A DNA stretch of 63,973 nucleotides, filler included, from Stramenopiles sp. TOSAG23-2 (Eukaryota): NCBI GenBank assembly GCA_900128395.1. It is 15 parts of 15 records of this genome, joined end to end, with 100 filler letters (N's around TTAATTAATTAA, not from the genome) between each part and the next. Parts side by side here need not be neighbours in the genome. Positions count along the whole stretch, not along the records: positions 1 to 4,193 come from LT650963.1; positions 4,294 to 8,486 come from LT650964.1; positions 8,587 to 12,778 come from LT650965.1; 12 more parts are not named here. One strand, 5' to 3'. Under the pieces are notes generated by a model, which was not told the DNA's origin, searched no databases, and worked only from the letters and a program-made list of their open reading frames with translations. Both the position numbers and the translations under genes were made by a program. Of the stretch, positions 1 to 11,314 are shown in pieces. Position 1 is the first letter of the stretch; every line of letters starts with the position of its first letter.

Positions 1-535
1 ATTATCCTTATTTATATTATTGACTATACTATTATTATTATTATTATCACCACCACAAACAAAAAAAAAACATTTTATGTTACAATAGCACAATACACTT
101 ATCATGTATATGTATGATATATATTTTTCTTTTCTCACGCGTTGTTCCATTTATAAAAATACAAAAAAAGAGCAGCTCACCCGATATGACTGTACTTTGT
201 AGACGACTACTATACGAGGACTAATAGGAGGATGCTAGTCTATCCATAACTAGCCTGTGCCAATGGTATTTCCATAGTAGAATAGCTGAAAAAAGAAGGG
301 GGGGCGGGTGGCATTTCAATTATTCTTAGATGTTTTACGATTTTGAGTGAAAATATATATTTGCATACATACATCAGATATAGATATAGTAAGACAATTA
401 TATAGATACAAGTATATCTACAAGTATATCTAGTTTGCACGATTGTGTATCTTGGGATAGAATATATAATCTTGTTGTAATAATAAATTATATATATATA
501 TTATATATATATACGATTGTTGTGTATATATTACA

Positions 536-1414
536 ATGAGCCAAGTAGTTGATTCTTCATCCTCACACCCTTTGCAAAAGGACGTAGGAAAAAAAATACA
601 GGATGAGATTGAGGATGATGATAATAATAATAATAATACAACCAATGATAGCGAGAAGAATAATACGGATATATCTATTGACGTAAATATTGATAATGAG
701 AATGATAATTGTCTTGATAATGTGCATAATGGTGGTGATAATAATAATAATAATAGTATAGTCAATAATATAAATAAGGATAATAATAATAACAAAAAAG
801 ACACCATCACTATTATTAACAACGAAGTAGAAGAGGGTGAGGAGGAGGATGATGATAATATAGTTAAAGAATGTCGAATATGTACAGGAACGGAAGGTAA
901 ATTTATTGCCCCATGTAAATGCAACGGCACTACGAAATATGTCCATTTAGACTGTTTAAGTAAATGGATAAGAACACGGCCAGGCGTCCGACATCCAACA
1001 GAGAACCTTGTTATTCCAAATCTTAAATGTGAGATATGTCATGATGAATATAAAGTTCAACTCACACGAAAGTTTACATGTAGTTGTAAAATTATTCGCA
1101 CCTGGCATACTTGTTTTCACATTTCCGAAGCAGTTATCTTGTTAATGTCCTTAGTTGCTATGTTATCGTTAATTGTCAGTGTAGGAACCGATGTCAATGA
1201 TGCAGAAGAATCCGAGAAAGTATTATTGATGATTTTATTTAGTATGACTGGATTGATGACATTATTAGCTATATTTAAAATTTATAAACGATGGAAGTTT
1301 GATGTGGAAGAGATTACTATTGAAAGCATTGAACCAAACCAACAACGTAGGCCAATTGAAGAAGTATTAATTGGTGAGACTGTTTTAGGTGGACATAGAC
1401 CAACCTTTCCATGA
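536..1414 (+). CDS. RING-CH (MARCH-type) E3 ubiquitin ligase with two transmembrane helices
   Basis: CRIC...PCKCNGTTKYVHLDCLSKW...CEIC is the C4HC3 RING-CH pattern; two hydrophobic segments follow; Asn/Asp-rich N-terminus. Confidence 0.9.
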   Translation: MSQVVDSSSSHPLQKDVGKKIQDEIEDDDNNNNNTTNDSEKNNTDISIDVNIDNENDNCLDNVHNGGDNNNNNSIVNNINKDNNNNKKDTITIINNEVEEGEEEDDDNIVKECRICTGTEGKFIAPCKCNGTTKYVHLDCLSKWIRTRPGVRHPTENLVIPNLKCEICHDEYKVQLTRKFTCSCKIIRTWHTCFHISEAVILLMSLVAMLSLIVSVGTDVNDAEESEKVLLMILFSMTGLMTLLAIFKIYKRWKFDVEEITIESIEPNQQRRPIEEVLIGETVLGGHRPTFP

Positions 1415-1733
1415 TACGAAACGATGGGTGCAGGCATGCGACGACGACAATACTGTCTAGAGGCAAAATAATAATTCACTCTGTTGTCCAGGCTGTAAGA
1501 GCTTTATTTTTTTTTTTTATATTAATTTTATTATATATTAGGTCTATTATATTATATATATATTATATTTTATTATAAATTGAGGAGTCTTTACTCAAAA
1601 TTCCACACCGTACTAGTACGTCTTTCATGAATACAAAGATCTTGCTTTTCTAGACACCTAAAAATCCACACACCACAGTACATAAAGATACACAAGGTAG
1701 GGAGGGCTTCAAATTCAAAAACATTTTTTAATA

Positions 1734-4166
1734 ATGTATTGCATTTTGCGCGTAACCTTTACAGTTATAATACTTTTCACCACGAACGTTGTGGGGGCAA
1801 GTTTTTCTAACTCCCCGCTCAAATCTGATGCAACTGGTACGATTTTTTCAGGCAAGAAAGTACAGAAGTTTATAGGAGCTTTACATTTTCAAAACGACAA
1901 AAGGGCTAGAAAAAATGTCAACCCTAATAGTATTTTTCCAATATTTTCAAAAGATTGTAAGAATTGGGCAGTTGTAACAACGATTAACCACGCGACAAAT
2001 TCAGTAAAAAGAGTAGCCAGCTTGGTAAGCTGGTGTCTTGTGATAGTGGGGGACAAACAAACGCCACCTGCATTCATGAACGCTAGTGGTTTGTTAGGTA
2101 ACGACAATGTAGTTTTCTTGTCGTCAGAGGATCAGCAATCTATCCGCAATAGTTTTGTTCAGTCTATTCCATATCGAAGCTTTGCGCGCAAGAATATTGG
2201 GTATCTATTTGCTATTAAACATGGAGCCAAAACAATATTTGATTTTGATGACGACAACTTATTGCTTCCCAAAAACGGGAGAGCGGGTGGATTTTCCTCT
2301 CCGATCGGATCGATGGTCTCAAAAAGGGCGTCTCAAAAGATAATGGTCAGGTATCTAAGCAGTACAGAGAAATCCATCAAAGTGTTTAATCCTCACCCAC
2401 TTATGAATACTTCAGTAGAAAACACTTGGCCTCGTGGGTTTCCATTGTCTCAAGTTCTCAATAGAAGTAGTAGTGGGTCTGGTAGAAACGTATTTGTGGG
2501 TGCAGTTCCGCGTTCATCAGTAGCGGTTCTTCAATATGTAAGCGATGGAGACCCTGATGTGGATGCTATATTTCGTTTAACAAGACAATTGCCTTTCACG
2601 TTTAATAGTCAAACCAGGGCACAAAAGCTGCTTATTCCTAAGCAAGCATATACACCATACAACGCACAATCCACAGTGCATTTCTATAATGCTTTTTGGG
2701 GAATGTTGCTTCCCCATTCGGTACCTGGGCGTGTTTCAGACATTTGGCGAGCTTACATTGCTCAAAGAATATTTAAAGACCTACATTTGGAAGTGATATA
2801 CGCACCACCTTTAGTGTTTCATGACAGAGCCCCCCATAATTACATGGCCGACTATCAAGCAGAAAACTATTTGTACACAAAAACTGATGCCCTACTAACT
2901 TTTTTACATAACTGGGACCATTCTTCTGATAATTTATTATCAAGAATCGAAATGTTGTGGGTTACACTGTATGAACACGACTTTATTGGATACAAAGATG
3001 TCCTTAGTTTACAATCATGGCTTCTCGCTCTGATAGAGGTGAAATACACTTTTCCTAAACTCCCCACTGTGCCATGGCAAGACCCTGTGCCCCAGGGTGA
3101 ACTCCACAGCCAACCCTATATGACAACTCCTGCGTTCAATTTTGGAGGTCCTTTTGGTAATGCCACTTACTTAGAGTTTGCAAAAACAGATTATGGGTTG
3201 AAATCGATGCTAGAAGTGTGGGAAATGTGGATGTCCAGCAAAATAACGACAAACGAAAGACCGAAAGAGACTATTATTAAAATAATTTTGATAACAAAGA
3301 ACGAGTGGCCTTTGCTACGACAATGGACTATATACCATGGCGAATTAATTGGTTTCGAGCACTTGTATATATTAGACGGGAGTACCGATTCCCGTTGCAC
3401 TTCCTTTCTCGTTAATGTTAGGGATCACCTTGGTGTAAATGTAATCTTTACACCAACAAATCTAAATGGTCTCAACACAGAAATTACCAAAATTGCAAGA
3501 AATATTTCCGTAGCATCGGATGCTATACTTAAGCTAGATACAGATGAATTTTTGGGTATAATAACAAAAGATAGTAAGTGCAAAGTTAGAAATCATACGA
3601 GTTGTCCTCTATCTCCTTATGGGGTAAGAGAGTTACTCCAAAAGTCTGTTGACCTCGAAGGACATATAAAGGGGCATTTAATGAATGTTTCCTTTTTATG
3701 TTTGCCATCCGAGGTAAAAAAAGTGTGCCAAGCACATGGTAAAGACGATATTTCTCTGTTTTCGCTGGTATGTGGAAAAGTAGGTAGTAGGTATGCAGAA
3801 AATTTCCCCCATGCTGCCTATAAAGCGGTATATGATTCACGGACTTTATGGTCTATTCAGATTGGGGGCCATGTCGAAATACTACCAACCCCAAATGGGA
3901 ATTACTTAAAAGGAGTAATTGCGCCGTTTGATTCTCTTCCTACAGAAAGGCCTTTTCCTTTAGGAATATTTCATTTCCATGTGCGTTGTGTAAAAGAAAT
4001 GGTATCAAAAGCTCGGGATATCTTAGTTAATCATGGGTACATAGATAACTCGGACACAGAGACGAAAGTGCTAGAAACATATAAAGCCTTGTTTCCAGGG
4101 AAAAATCTTTGTTCCTTGAGTTGGGACGACCTCTCTTCCATAAACGTTAAAGTATGCCCTCCTTAA
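1734..4166 (+). CDS. STELLO/DUF288-like glycosyltransferase fused to a GT2-like domain (3' end possibly spliced/incomplete)
   Basis: N-terminal hydrophobic signal; WAVVTTIN, VIVGDKQTP, RKNIGYLFAI, DFDDDN, WPRGFPL, DPDVDAIFRL, RVSDIWR motifs typical of STELLO; second module TKNE..LRQW..YH..GFEHLYILD..LDTDEF typical of GT2-like domains. Confidence 0.8.
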   Translation: MYCILRVTFTVIILFTTNVVGASFSNSPLKSDATGTIFSGKKVQKFIGALHFQNDKRARKNVNPNSIFPIFSKDCKNWAVVTTINHATNSVKRVASLVSWCLVIVGDKQTPPAFMNASGLLGNDNVVFLSSEDQQSIRNSFVQSIPYRSFARKNIGYLFAIKHGAKTIFDFDDDNLLLPKNGRAGGFSSPIGSMVSKRASQKIMVRYLSSTEKSIKVFNPHPLMNTSVENTWPRGFPLSQVLNRSSSGSGRNVFVGAVPRSSVAVLQYVSDGDPDVDAIFRLTRQLPFTFNSQTRAQKLLIPKQAYTPYNAQSTVHFYNAFWGMLLPHSVPGRVSDIWRAYIAQRIFKDLHLEVIYAPPLVFHDRAPHNYMADYQAENYLYTKTDALLTFLHNWDHSSDNLLSRIEMLWVTLYEHDFIGYKDVLSLQSWLLALIEVKYTFPKLPTVPWQDPVPQGELHSQPYMTTPAFNFGGPFGNATYLEFAKTDYGLKSMLEVWEMWMSSKITTNERPKETIIKIILITKNEWPLLRQWTIYHGELIGFEHLYILDGSTDSRCTSFLVNVRDHLGVNVIFTPTNLNGLNTEITKIARNISVASDAILKLDTDEFLGIITKDSKCKVRNHTSCPLSPYGVRELLQKSVDLEGHIKGHLMNVSFLCLPSEVKKVCQAHGKDDISLFSLVCGKVGSRYAENFPHAAYKAVYDSRTLWSIQIGGHVEILPTPNGNYLKGVIAPFDSLPTERPFPLGIFHFHVRCVKEMVSKARDILVNHGYIDNSDTETKVLETYKALFPGKNLCSLSWDDLSSINVKVCPP

Positions 4167-4193
4167 GTTTCTCCTTGTTTATATTTATTATAA

Positions 4194-4293
4194 NNNNNNN
4201 NNNNNNNNNNNNNNNNNNNNNNNNNNNNNNNNNNNNNTTAATTAATTAANNNNNNNNNNNNNNNNNNNNNNNNNNNNNNNNNNNNNNNNNNNN
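4194..4293. other. Artificial contig spacer (44N + TTAATTAATTAA + 44N); first of 14
   Basis: Identical 100-bp spacers start at 4194, 8487, 12779, 17066, 21341, 25615, 29889, 34162, 38427, 42691, 46955, 51217, 55476 and 59725; the linker has stops in all six frames; contig lengths never increase along the window. Confidence 0.99.
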
Positions 4294-4350
<57 letters not shown>

Positions 4351-4800
4351 AAAAAAAGGAGGGCATGCCAGCAGCCCTGGGCCAGCATGCAAGAGCACAA
4401 GAGAGTGCGCAACAAAAAATAACACCACACCTTTGCCAGGTGTTATTTTTTTCGAGTTTGAGTACGGTCACAGCAGTTTTCTCCTCGCTGCACAAACTTA
4501 TAGACTTAGTAAATTATAACCATAATCCAGATATCTAGAATAAATCAGTTATTTAATACGTAATGCTATTTTATGTAATTATAATAGTGCTAGCCAGGCT
4601 AGCAACAAAAAACTCTTCATAACTGGTACAGTTTCTGGTCGGTAGTCTATTATATATCAGATATGCATACATTTATAAGAAATAATAGAATAAACATATT
4701 AATACTATACAAACACAATATTATATACATATATTATATATTATATAAAATATATTATATATTATATATATATATAGTAAATAGAGAATTAGATAAAACA

Positions 4801-7800
4801 ATGACATCATTAATAGCAGAGGAAATCGGGGATAATAACAAGAACGGAATGACAAATACATTATCACCTGGTATAATTAATAATACTAATAATATGGAAT
4901 TAATAGAATATGATGTAAATAACGACGAAGAGTTAAAAAGGATAAGAAATAGTATCCAGAATATGGATATTAATGGTGGCGTATATACTGGTGAACCACC
5001 AATAGATATGACACCGTCAAAAATCAAATCAATACCCAATTTAGTAGTTGAATTAGAAAAAAGAGCGGGTTCCAAAGATGTATGGGAAATGCGTGCGGAA
5101 CAAGTTTATAATGCGTTTACATCTCCAAAACCACCCTCAAAAGAAGAATTTTTTGAGCTTATGGAGAATTTAATGCCTTTAACAACAGAGCAAACAGAAG
5201 ATGCAGTTTCACTGCTGAGTCAACGATCAAAAGTGTCGAAAAGAATAGCATTTGGTGGCCTGTCTAGTCGAAGGGGAATCTCTAGCTTCTCTCCATCATC
5301 TTCGCCAAGTAAGAGTTATAATAGAAGTAATAATAAATATAATAGTAACGACGATTTTTTTGATAAAATGTTAAACGAAGCAAGTAATTTATCATCAGGA
5401 AGAAAAAGAACTACAAAAACGGATGCCATCGGCAATACAATAGTTAAAAACAATAAACGAACCAATGTTAAGTCCTTTTTAAATAATAACAACAAGAAAA
5501 ACTATAATAATAACAATATTGCAATAGAACAATATAAATCAAAGACACCATCACTTCATGAGCTTGCAACTGGCAATTCAGCTGTTTATTTGAATAGAAA
5601 TAATAGAGATAATAATATGAATGATATCAATAATAATAAACAAAATAATGAGGGTAGTACAAAAATAGAAATAAAAACACCGTCAGCAGATATGATGAAA
5701 AAAAGCAATAACAGTAACAAAAAAAATAGTTTACAACCACAATCATTTAATAGTCCAAATACTCGTCTATCTCTTGTAGATTTACTGACAAGTAGTCCTA
5801 GAAACGTTAAAGATGAAAATCTACCAAACCATTTATTAAGTGCATTGAGAAGGCATATTCGCAGAAGAGCATTAACAATCCCATCACTTTTTGCAATGTG
5901 GGATAAGACGAGAGATGGTTTATTAACGAAACGAAATTTAAAAAATGGACTCTTAAATTTGGGAATTGAAACTACTACTGAAGAGATAAATAGATTTTTT
6001 GATTATTTAGATGATGAAGGTACTGGCCGTATTACACTGAAACGTTTTATGAGGGTATTAAAATATAAAACACGCTTTGGATCTCCAAATCCATATATTT
6101 TAACTGGCAAGCCTGGGACGAAAGATGATGGTAGCAACAATAAAGAGAAATCATCTGAAGTTGAACGAAAAAATAATGATGTGAGTGGAAAAGGTTCTAA
6201 GTTACTAGACGCAGAAGAGGCCAGAGTTGCAAGCATATATAGGAGACTATCAATGACAGAGACGAAATCATCAAAAGAATGGCTTCAATTGAAAGCGGAG
6301 GATAGGTTATTAGGTGATGGAGGTAGAGATCACCGTGGTGCAGAGGATCCAACACCTCGTGCATTATTGGCAAAGATACGTGCAAGAATGAAGCGTAGAA
6401 CGTTGCAAACTTCTCAATTTTTTTCATATTGTGATAAGGATAGAGGTGGTGAAATTTCAGAAATGGAATTGGCTAATGGTATGAAATATTTAGGTATGGA
6501 ATTAACGTCAAAACAATTAAAAACACTTTGGAAAGTAATGGATATTGATGGCGATGGACGTATATCGTTCATGGAATTTAAATTAGCAATAGACGTTGCT
6601 GGTTCTGGACCGACAATGGCTTTAATTAATCATGAAGAAGAAGGTGGCGATACATCCGGTACGTTTGCCCCAATTTTGCGAGCTTGTGTGATGCCATTAA
6701 GATTAGAGAAATTAAGGCAGAAATTACGTGCTGCTGCATATGTATGGGAAGGAGAGAATTTGCAACAGTTGTTTGAGAAGTTGGATATACACAAAGAAGG
6801 TTATTTACCAGCACAACGTTTTAAACAAATCGTTAAAAGTATTTACCCGATGAAAACAGAGGAATTAAATGCAGTTTACAAATTAACTGATAAAAAAAGT
6901 AAAGGTAAAGTTAGCTATGAAGATTTTGAAAACTTTATTCATGGTGAAGGTGGTGTAGCACCAAATGGTCTTGTTATAAAACAAAAAGCAAAACCAAAGC
7001 CAAAGGAAAAAAGTTTAGGAGAGATATTAATATCCATGCAGAAGCAACAACAACGTACGATTTTATTAAATCCACCATTATTTTCGGGCATTTATGTATC
7101 TGAGAATTCTGATAAAGGTGTTAAGCAATTGTTACTACAATTTCGACTTATCGGTTTCGATATTACAGCAAAAGATGCAAAGAAAATTTTGGATACGTTT
7201 GGAACTGAAAAATCTAGTTTTAAATTGTTGCATAGTATTTTAGTTGCGAAAAAAATTATCGCCTCCTCATATATTTCAAATTTAGATGAATTAATACGCA
7301 GATTTGAAAAATACGATCATAGTAATAATGGCATTGTATCCATTAAAAATTTTGAGAAAGTGTTAAATCAAGTTATAGAATTAAACGCTGTAGAATCGAA
7401 ATTATTGTTGCGAATTTTAGATTATAATGATTCAAATTCAGTTGCGTATAAACATTTGTTTGAGTTTTCAAGGGATGAAATTGATTCATTAGAAATCCCA
7501 CCGCCAGAAATGAAAACAGTTGAACTACTAAAACCAAGAAATGACTCAATTGCATCTAATTTAACTATGAAATTAATGCGTTTGAAACATTTGGTAAGTC
7601 GCAGTGATGCAGCTGGTGGTCAATTAAATCTAAAATTTTTAAGAAAAATGGATAGAAATATGGATGGTATATTAACGAGGGAAGAGTTATACAAAGGTGT
7701 TGACCATGAAGCTAAATTAGATGGTGTTTATATGACAAATAAACAGGTTGAAGAAGTTCTAGAAATATTAGATGCAAAAAAGTCAGGAATAATTAAGTTA

Positions 7801-8082
7801 TCGAAGTTGGAAATATTTGAAAAATTAGATCTTATTCGATGTAAATTAAAAGCAAATACATATTCGCACGATGGTAAAGATCCAAGCTCAATTTTTCGCC
7901 TTATATCTCGTGGTGAAGAAGAAATCGATTTAGACGATTTTATTGAGACATTAAATCGCATATGTCATTTATCTGGCGGTGAGCTTGGAATGTTGTTGCA
8001 CCAAGTTGATATAAATGACGACGGAACTATTAATAAAGATGAATTTGCTACATTTCTTAAAGACATTAGAGTTTTAGAGTAA
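4801..8082 (+). CDS. Large multi-EF-hand calcium-binding protein
   Basis: Many EF loops (DKTRDGLL, DDEGTGRI, DKDRGGEISEME, DIDGDGRISFMEF, DRNMDGILTREE, DINDDGTINKDEF); ATG 4801 preferred over 4663 because the upstream stretch is AT-repeat, intergenic-like sequence. Confidence 0.85.
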   Translation: MTSLIAEEIGDNNKNGMTNTLSPGIINNTNNMELIEYDVNNDEELKRIRNSIQNMDINGGVYTGEPPIDMTPSKIKSIPNLVVELEKRAGSKDVWEMRAEQVYNAFTSPKPPSKEEFFELMENLMPLTTEQTEDAVSLLSQRSKVSKRIAFGGLSSRRGISSFSPSSSPSKSYNRSNNKYNSNDDFFDKMLNEASNLSSGRKRTTKTDAIGNTIVKNNKRTNVKSFLNNNNKKNYNNNNIAIEQYKSKTPSLHELATGNSAVYLNRNNRDNNMNDINNNKQNNEGSTKIEIKTPSADMMKKSNNSNKKNSLQPQSFNSPNTRLSLVDLLTSSPRNVKDENLPNHLLSALRRHIRRRALTIPSLFAMWDKTRDGLLTKRNLKNGLLNLGIETTTEEINRFFDYLDDEGTGRITLKRFMRVLKYKTRFGSPNPYILTGKPGTKDDGSNNKEKSSEVERKNNDVSGKGSKLLDAEEARVASIYRRLSMTETKSSKEWLQLKAEDRLLGDGGRDHRGAEDPTPRALLAKIRARMKRRTLQTSQFFSYCDKDRGGEISEMELANGMKYLGMELTSKQLKTLWKVMDIDGDGRISFMEFKLAIDVAGSGPTMALINHEEEGGDTSGTFAPILRACVMPLRLEKLRQKLRAAAYVWEGENLQQLFEKLDIHKEGYLPAQRFKQIVKSIYPMKTEELNAVYKLTDKKSKGKVSYEDFENFIHGEGGVAPNGLVIKQKAKPKPKEKSLGEILISMQKQQQRTILLNPPLFSGIYVSENSDKGVKQLLLQFRLIGFDITAKDAKKILDTFGTEKSSFKLLHSILVAKKIIASSYISNLDELIRRFEKYDHSNNGIVSIKNFEKVLNQVIELNAVESKLLLRILDYNDSNSVAYKHLFEFSRDEIDSLEIPPPEMKTVELLKPRNDSIASNLTMKLMRLKHLVSRSDAAGGQLNLKFLRKMDRNMDGILTREELYKGVDHEAKLDGVYMTNKQVEEVLEILDAKKSGIIKLSKLEIFEKLDLIRCKLKANTYSHDGKDPSSIFRLISRGEEEIDLDDFIETLNRICHLSGGELGMLLHQVDINDDGTINKDEFATFLKDIRVLE

Positions 8083-8173
8083 AAATGTTTGTGTTGTGTG
8101 TAATATCCAAAATATGACTATATATATGTCTACATATATTAATGGTTAAAATCTGAGTTAATAATAATTTTAC

Positions 8174-8392
8174 ACTTCTCGTGTTAAGTAGTATATATGC
8201 TCAATACTCAATCGCAAGAATAATATTCTATCCTACTATTAGTAAAGCTCTAATGCACCTCTGCAAACTAATACTCTAAAAGCACGAGTAGGATTCTATC
8301 CTTCCGTGCGCAGTAGTTGAACGCGCTGGACGTCGGGTTCATTCGAAAACGGTGAGGTTGTCGATGTGAAAGATCCTGTTGTGAACAACAAC
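8174..8392 (-). ncRNA. Candidate structured non-coding element, copy A (homolog of 21662-21892)
   Basis: Reverse-complement homolog (roughly 80% identical by eye) of 21662-21892 on another contig; no conserved reading frame; conserved stems; strand inferred from G-U wobbles. Confidence 0.45.
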
Positions 8393-8411
8393 CGGTGACT
8401 TTATATAGTAT

Positions 8412-8486
8412 AATTAATGCGCAATAACTTATTTTTTAATTTACTCATGATAATTCCTACTCTCCAGAAAGAATACAATAACTGAG
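8412..8486 (+). repeat. Dispersed ~60-80-bp repeat, copy 1
   Basis: Core TTTAATTTACTCATGATAATTCCTACTCTYCARAAAGAATA recurs at 25556, 33795(-), 37663 and 38600(-). Confidence 0.9.
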
Positions 8487-8587
8487 NNNNNNNNNNNNNN
8501 NNNNNNNNNNNNNNNNNNNNNNNNNNNNNNTTAATTAATTAANNNNNNNNNNNNNNNNNNNNNNNNNNNNNNNNNNNNNNNNNNNNA

Positions 8588-10270
8588 TCCAAAGCACGTG
8601 GTGTAGTATTTAAAACAAATAATAGTTATGCAAACAAAACAGTTTCATCACCAAGGTTTTTAAGTGTTGCCACGGAAAAAATTGGTTTAGATAAATTAGG
8701 TATCAATGGCCCAGAAACAATTTACCACAATTTATCATACGATGATTTGTTTGAACATGAAGTGAAAAACAATGAAGGTGAAGTTGCAAAGGCTGAATAT
8801 GGTAATACTTTCACTGTTGATACTGGTAAATTTACTGGACGTTCTCCTTCAGATAAATGGATTGTTTTAAATAAAGGAAGTGACTCGGAAAAAAATATTT
8901 GGTGGGGTGCTGTAAATCAACCAACTACACCAGAAGTTTTCGATGATTTGTACGAGCAAGCAAAAGCATTGTTCAATCGCCAAGAGGAATGTTACGTGTT
9001 TGATGGATATTGTGGCGCAAACCCAAAAAGTCAAAAAAAAGTACGTTTCGTACATCAACTTGCATGGCAACAACATTTCGTAACAAATATGTTTATCCGG
9101 CCAGAAACACGCGAGGAGTTAGAAGGTTTTGAACCAGATTTTACCATCATCAACGCATGTGCAGAAACAAACGCGAAATGGAAAGAGCACAATTTAAATT
9201 CCGAAGTTGCTATTGCATTCAATTTAGAAGAACGTGTTGCTGTTATTTTCGGCACATGGTATGGTGGTGAAAATAAAAAAGGTATTTTCAGTTTAATGAA
9301 CTATTGGTTACCATTAGAAGGTATCATGCCAATGCATTGCAGTGCGAATGTTGGTAAAGATGGCGATTCCGCATTGTTTTTCGGCCTTAGTGGTACTGGG
9401 AAAACAACGTTAAGTGCAGACCCTGCAAGATATTTAATTGGCGACGATGAGCATGGTTGGGATGAAGATGGCGTATTTAATTTTGAAGGTGGATGCTATG
9501 CAAAAACGATTAATTTATCGGAAGATACAGAACCAGAAATTTACCGTGCAATTAAACGTGATGCTATGTTGGAAAATGTACATTTAGGGGATGACAATGT
9601 ACCAGATTATTTCAATGTCGAAAAGACACAAAATGGACGTGTTAGTTACCCAATCTTTCACATTCCAAATTACCACGAACCGCAAATGGCAGGCCATCCA
9701 GATAATATTATCTTCTTAACGTGTGATGCATTTGGTGTATTACCACCAGTCTCTAAATTAAGTTCTGGACAAGCTATGTACCATTTCCTTTCTGGATATA
9801 CCGCAAAAGTTGCAGGTACAGAACGTGGTGTAACGGAGCCAGAAGCAACTTTTTCTGCATGTTTCGGTGCTGCATTTTTAACGTTGCATCCAACAAAATA
9901 TGCTGATTTATTGCAAACCAAATTGGAAAATCATGGCGGTACTGCATATCTAGTAAATACTGGATGGACTGGTGGTGCATATGGTACGGGTGAACGTATG
10001 TCCATCAAAGCAACACGTGCATGTATTGATGCAATTCTTGATGGTAGTATTAAAAATGCAAATTTCAATGAGGATCCAAACTTTGGTTTTGAAGTACCAA
10101 CTGAATTACCAGGTGTTCCAGCAAATGTATGTAACCCACGCGATGCATGGAGTGATAAAGATGCATATGATGCACAAGCAAGTAAATTAGCTGGTATGTT
10201 TAAAGAAAATTTCGTTAAATATACTGGACCAGGTGTTACTGATTACACTGAATTTGGACCAAAAGTTTAA
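8588..10270 (+). CDS. pckA: Phosphoenolpyruvate carboxykinase (ATP), 5'-truncated
   Basis: [38 protein letters not shown] (P-loop), [18 protein letters not shown]; frame open back to the contig start at 8588. Confidence 0.97.
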   Translation, partial: SKARGVVFKTNNSYANKTVSSPRFLSVATEKIGLDKLGINGPETIYHNLSYDDLFEHEVKNNEGEVAKAEYGNTFTVDTGKFTGRSPSDKWIVLNKGSDSEKNIWWGAVNQPTTPEVFDDLYEQAKALFNRQEECYVFDGYCGANPKSQKKVRFVHQLAWQQHFVTNMFIRPETREELEGFEPDFTIINACAETNAKWKEHNLNSEVAIAFNLEERVAVIFGTWYGGENKKGIFSLMNYWLPLEGIMPMHCSANVGKDGDSALFFGLSGTGKTTLSADPARYLIGDDEHGWDEDGVFNFEGGCYAKTINLSEDTEPEIYRAIKRDAMLENVHLGDDNVPDYFNVEKTQNGRVSYPIFHIPNYHEPQMAGHPDNIIFLTCDAFGVLPPVSKLSSGQAMYHFLSGYTAKVAGTERGVTEPEATFSACFGAAFLTLHPTKYADLLQTKLENHGGTAYLVNTGWTGGAYGTGERMSIKATRACIDAILDGSIKNANFNEDPNFGFEVPTELPGVPANVCNPRDAWSDKDAYDAQASKLAGMFKENFVKYTGPGVTDYTEFGPKV

Positions 10271-11033
10271 ATATGTAATATGGTAAATATATATGGTACA
10301 GATATATATATCTATATATAGTATGATATATGATAGGATGTATAATAGTATATACATACATTCGATAGGAAATTTTAATTATATAATGTTCATTTTTAAA
10401 AAGGAACATAGGAATTTCAGTTTTTAATATGTTCATATATATATAAGAAATAAATATATTTATATATATATAATATACATAATATATAGACGTTAGGAGG
10501 AGGGAAAACAGATATGATGATATTCAATAGTCAAGTTAGTATTAATAGGAATCAAAACCAAGAATAAAAAATAAAAAGAGGAAAAAAAAAAAGAAAAGAA
10601 AAAGATGACCCCTTTAAATGTAAATTATATGTGTGGTGCGTGTTTGAACAAAGTATTTATTTACTTTTCAAGTTGTTTTTAGTATGTGATTACGTTCGTT
10701 ATCCCATGAAGCAGAGGGTTGCAATTTTTTTGGATATATATATATATATATTATAGATCGTAATATGACAAAGTTAAAAAAAAAAAGTTTTTTGTAATAA
10801 ATAAAATGAAAAAACACCTGCACTATATTATTATTTTGTGTGTATTAATACACCCATTTGGAGCTGTATTACACATTACCCCAATTTTCAAATATATATA
10901 TAAAAAAGTATTTTAATATAAAATATAATATTCGTACGAATAATTAAAAATATAAAAAATGTTTTTTTAAAATACAGATGTGCACATATCACATACTTCG
11001 TAATCGTAATAATATTGTTCTCGCACCGAGAAG

Positions 11034-11260
11034 TATTTCCCTCTCTGACCCAAACAAAGACCAACAAATGTAAATTTATAAAACACCAAATCAACAAGTG
11101 CGAGAGAGACAAAAATAATATTGAATCATTAAAAATATAAAAAAAATGTTTTTATAACATACATTTGCAAATATATATATATTTCCCTCTCTGACCGAAA
11201 GACCAAAACAAATGTAAATATAACACACCAAAATCAAGAAGTGCGAGAGAGACAAAAATA
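11034..11260. repeat. Degenerate direct repeat, two ~80-bp copies (11034-11117, 11180-11260)
   Basis: TATTTCCCTCTCTGACC...AAGACCAA..CAAATGTAAAT...AAGTGCGAGAGAGACAAAAATA present twice with indels. Confidence 0.8.
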
Positions 11261-11314
11261 CCTCCTTGATTTGTTCTTTTTTTTATATGATGAATGTACT
11301 TTTGTGTACATTTA

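Noticed and set aside
187-240. GACTGTACTTT resembling the U3 5' box
   Set aside because: No following box A, B, C or D motifs
4294-4357. Long poly(A) run (also poly(T)/poly(A) at about 50338-50380) as a retro-element tail
   Set aside because: No associated RT, TSD or element body; likely low-complexity sequence or an assembly edge effect
4663-4800. N-terminal extension of the EF-hand ORF
   Set aside because: Translates AT-repeat sequence (IIYIYYILY); ATG 4801 is the more plausible start
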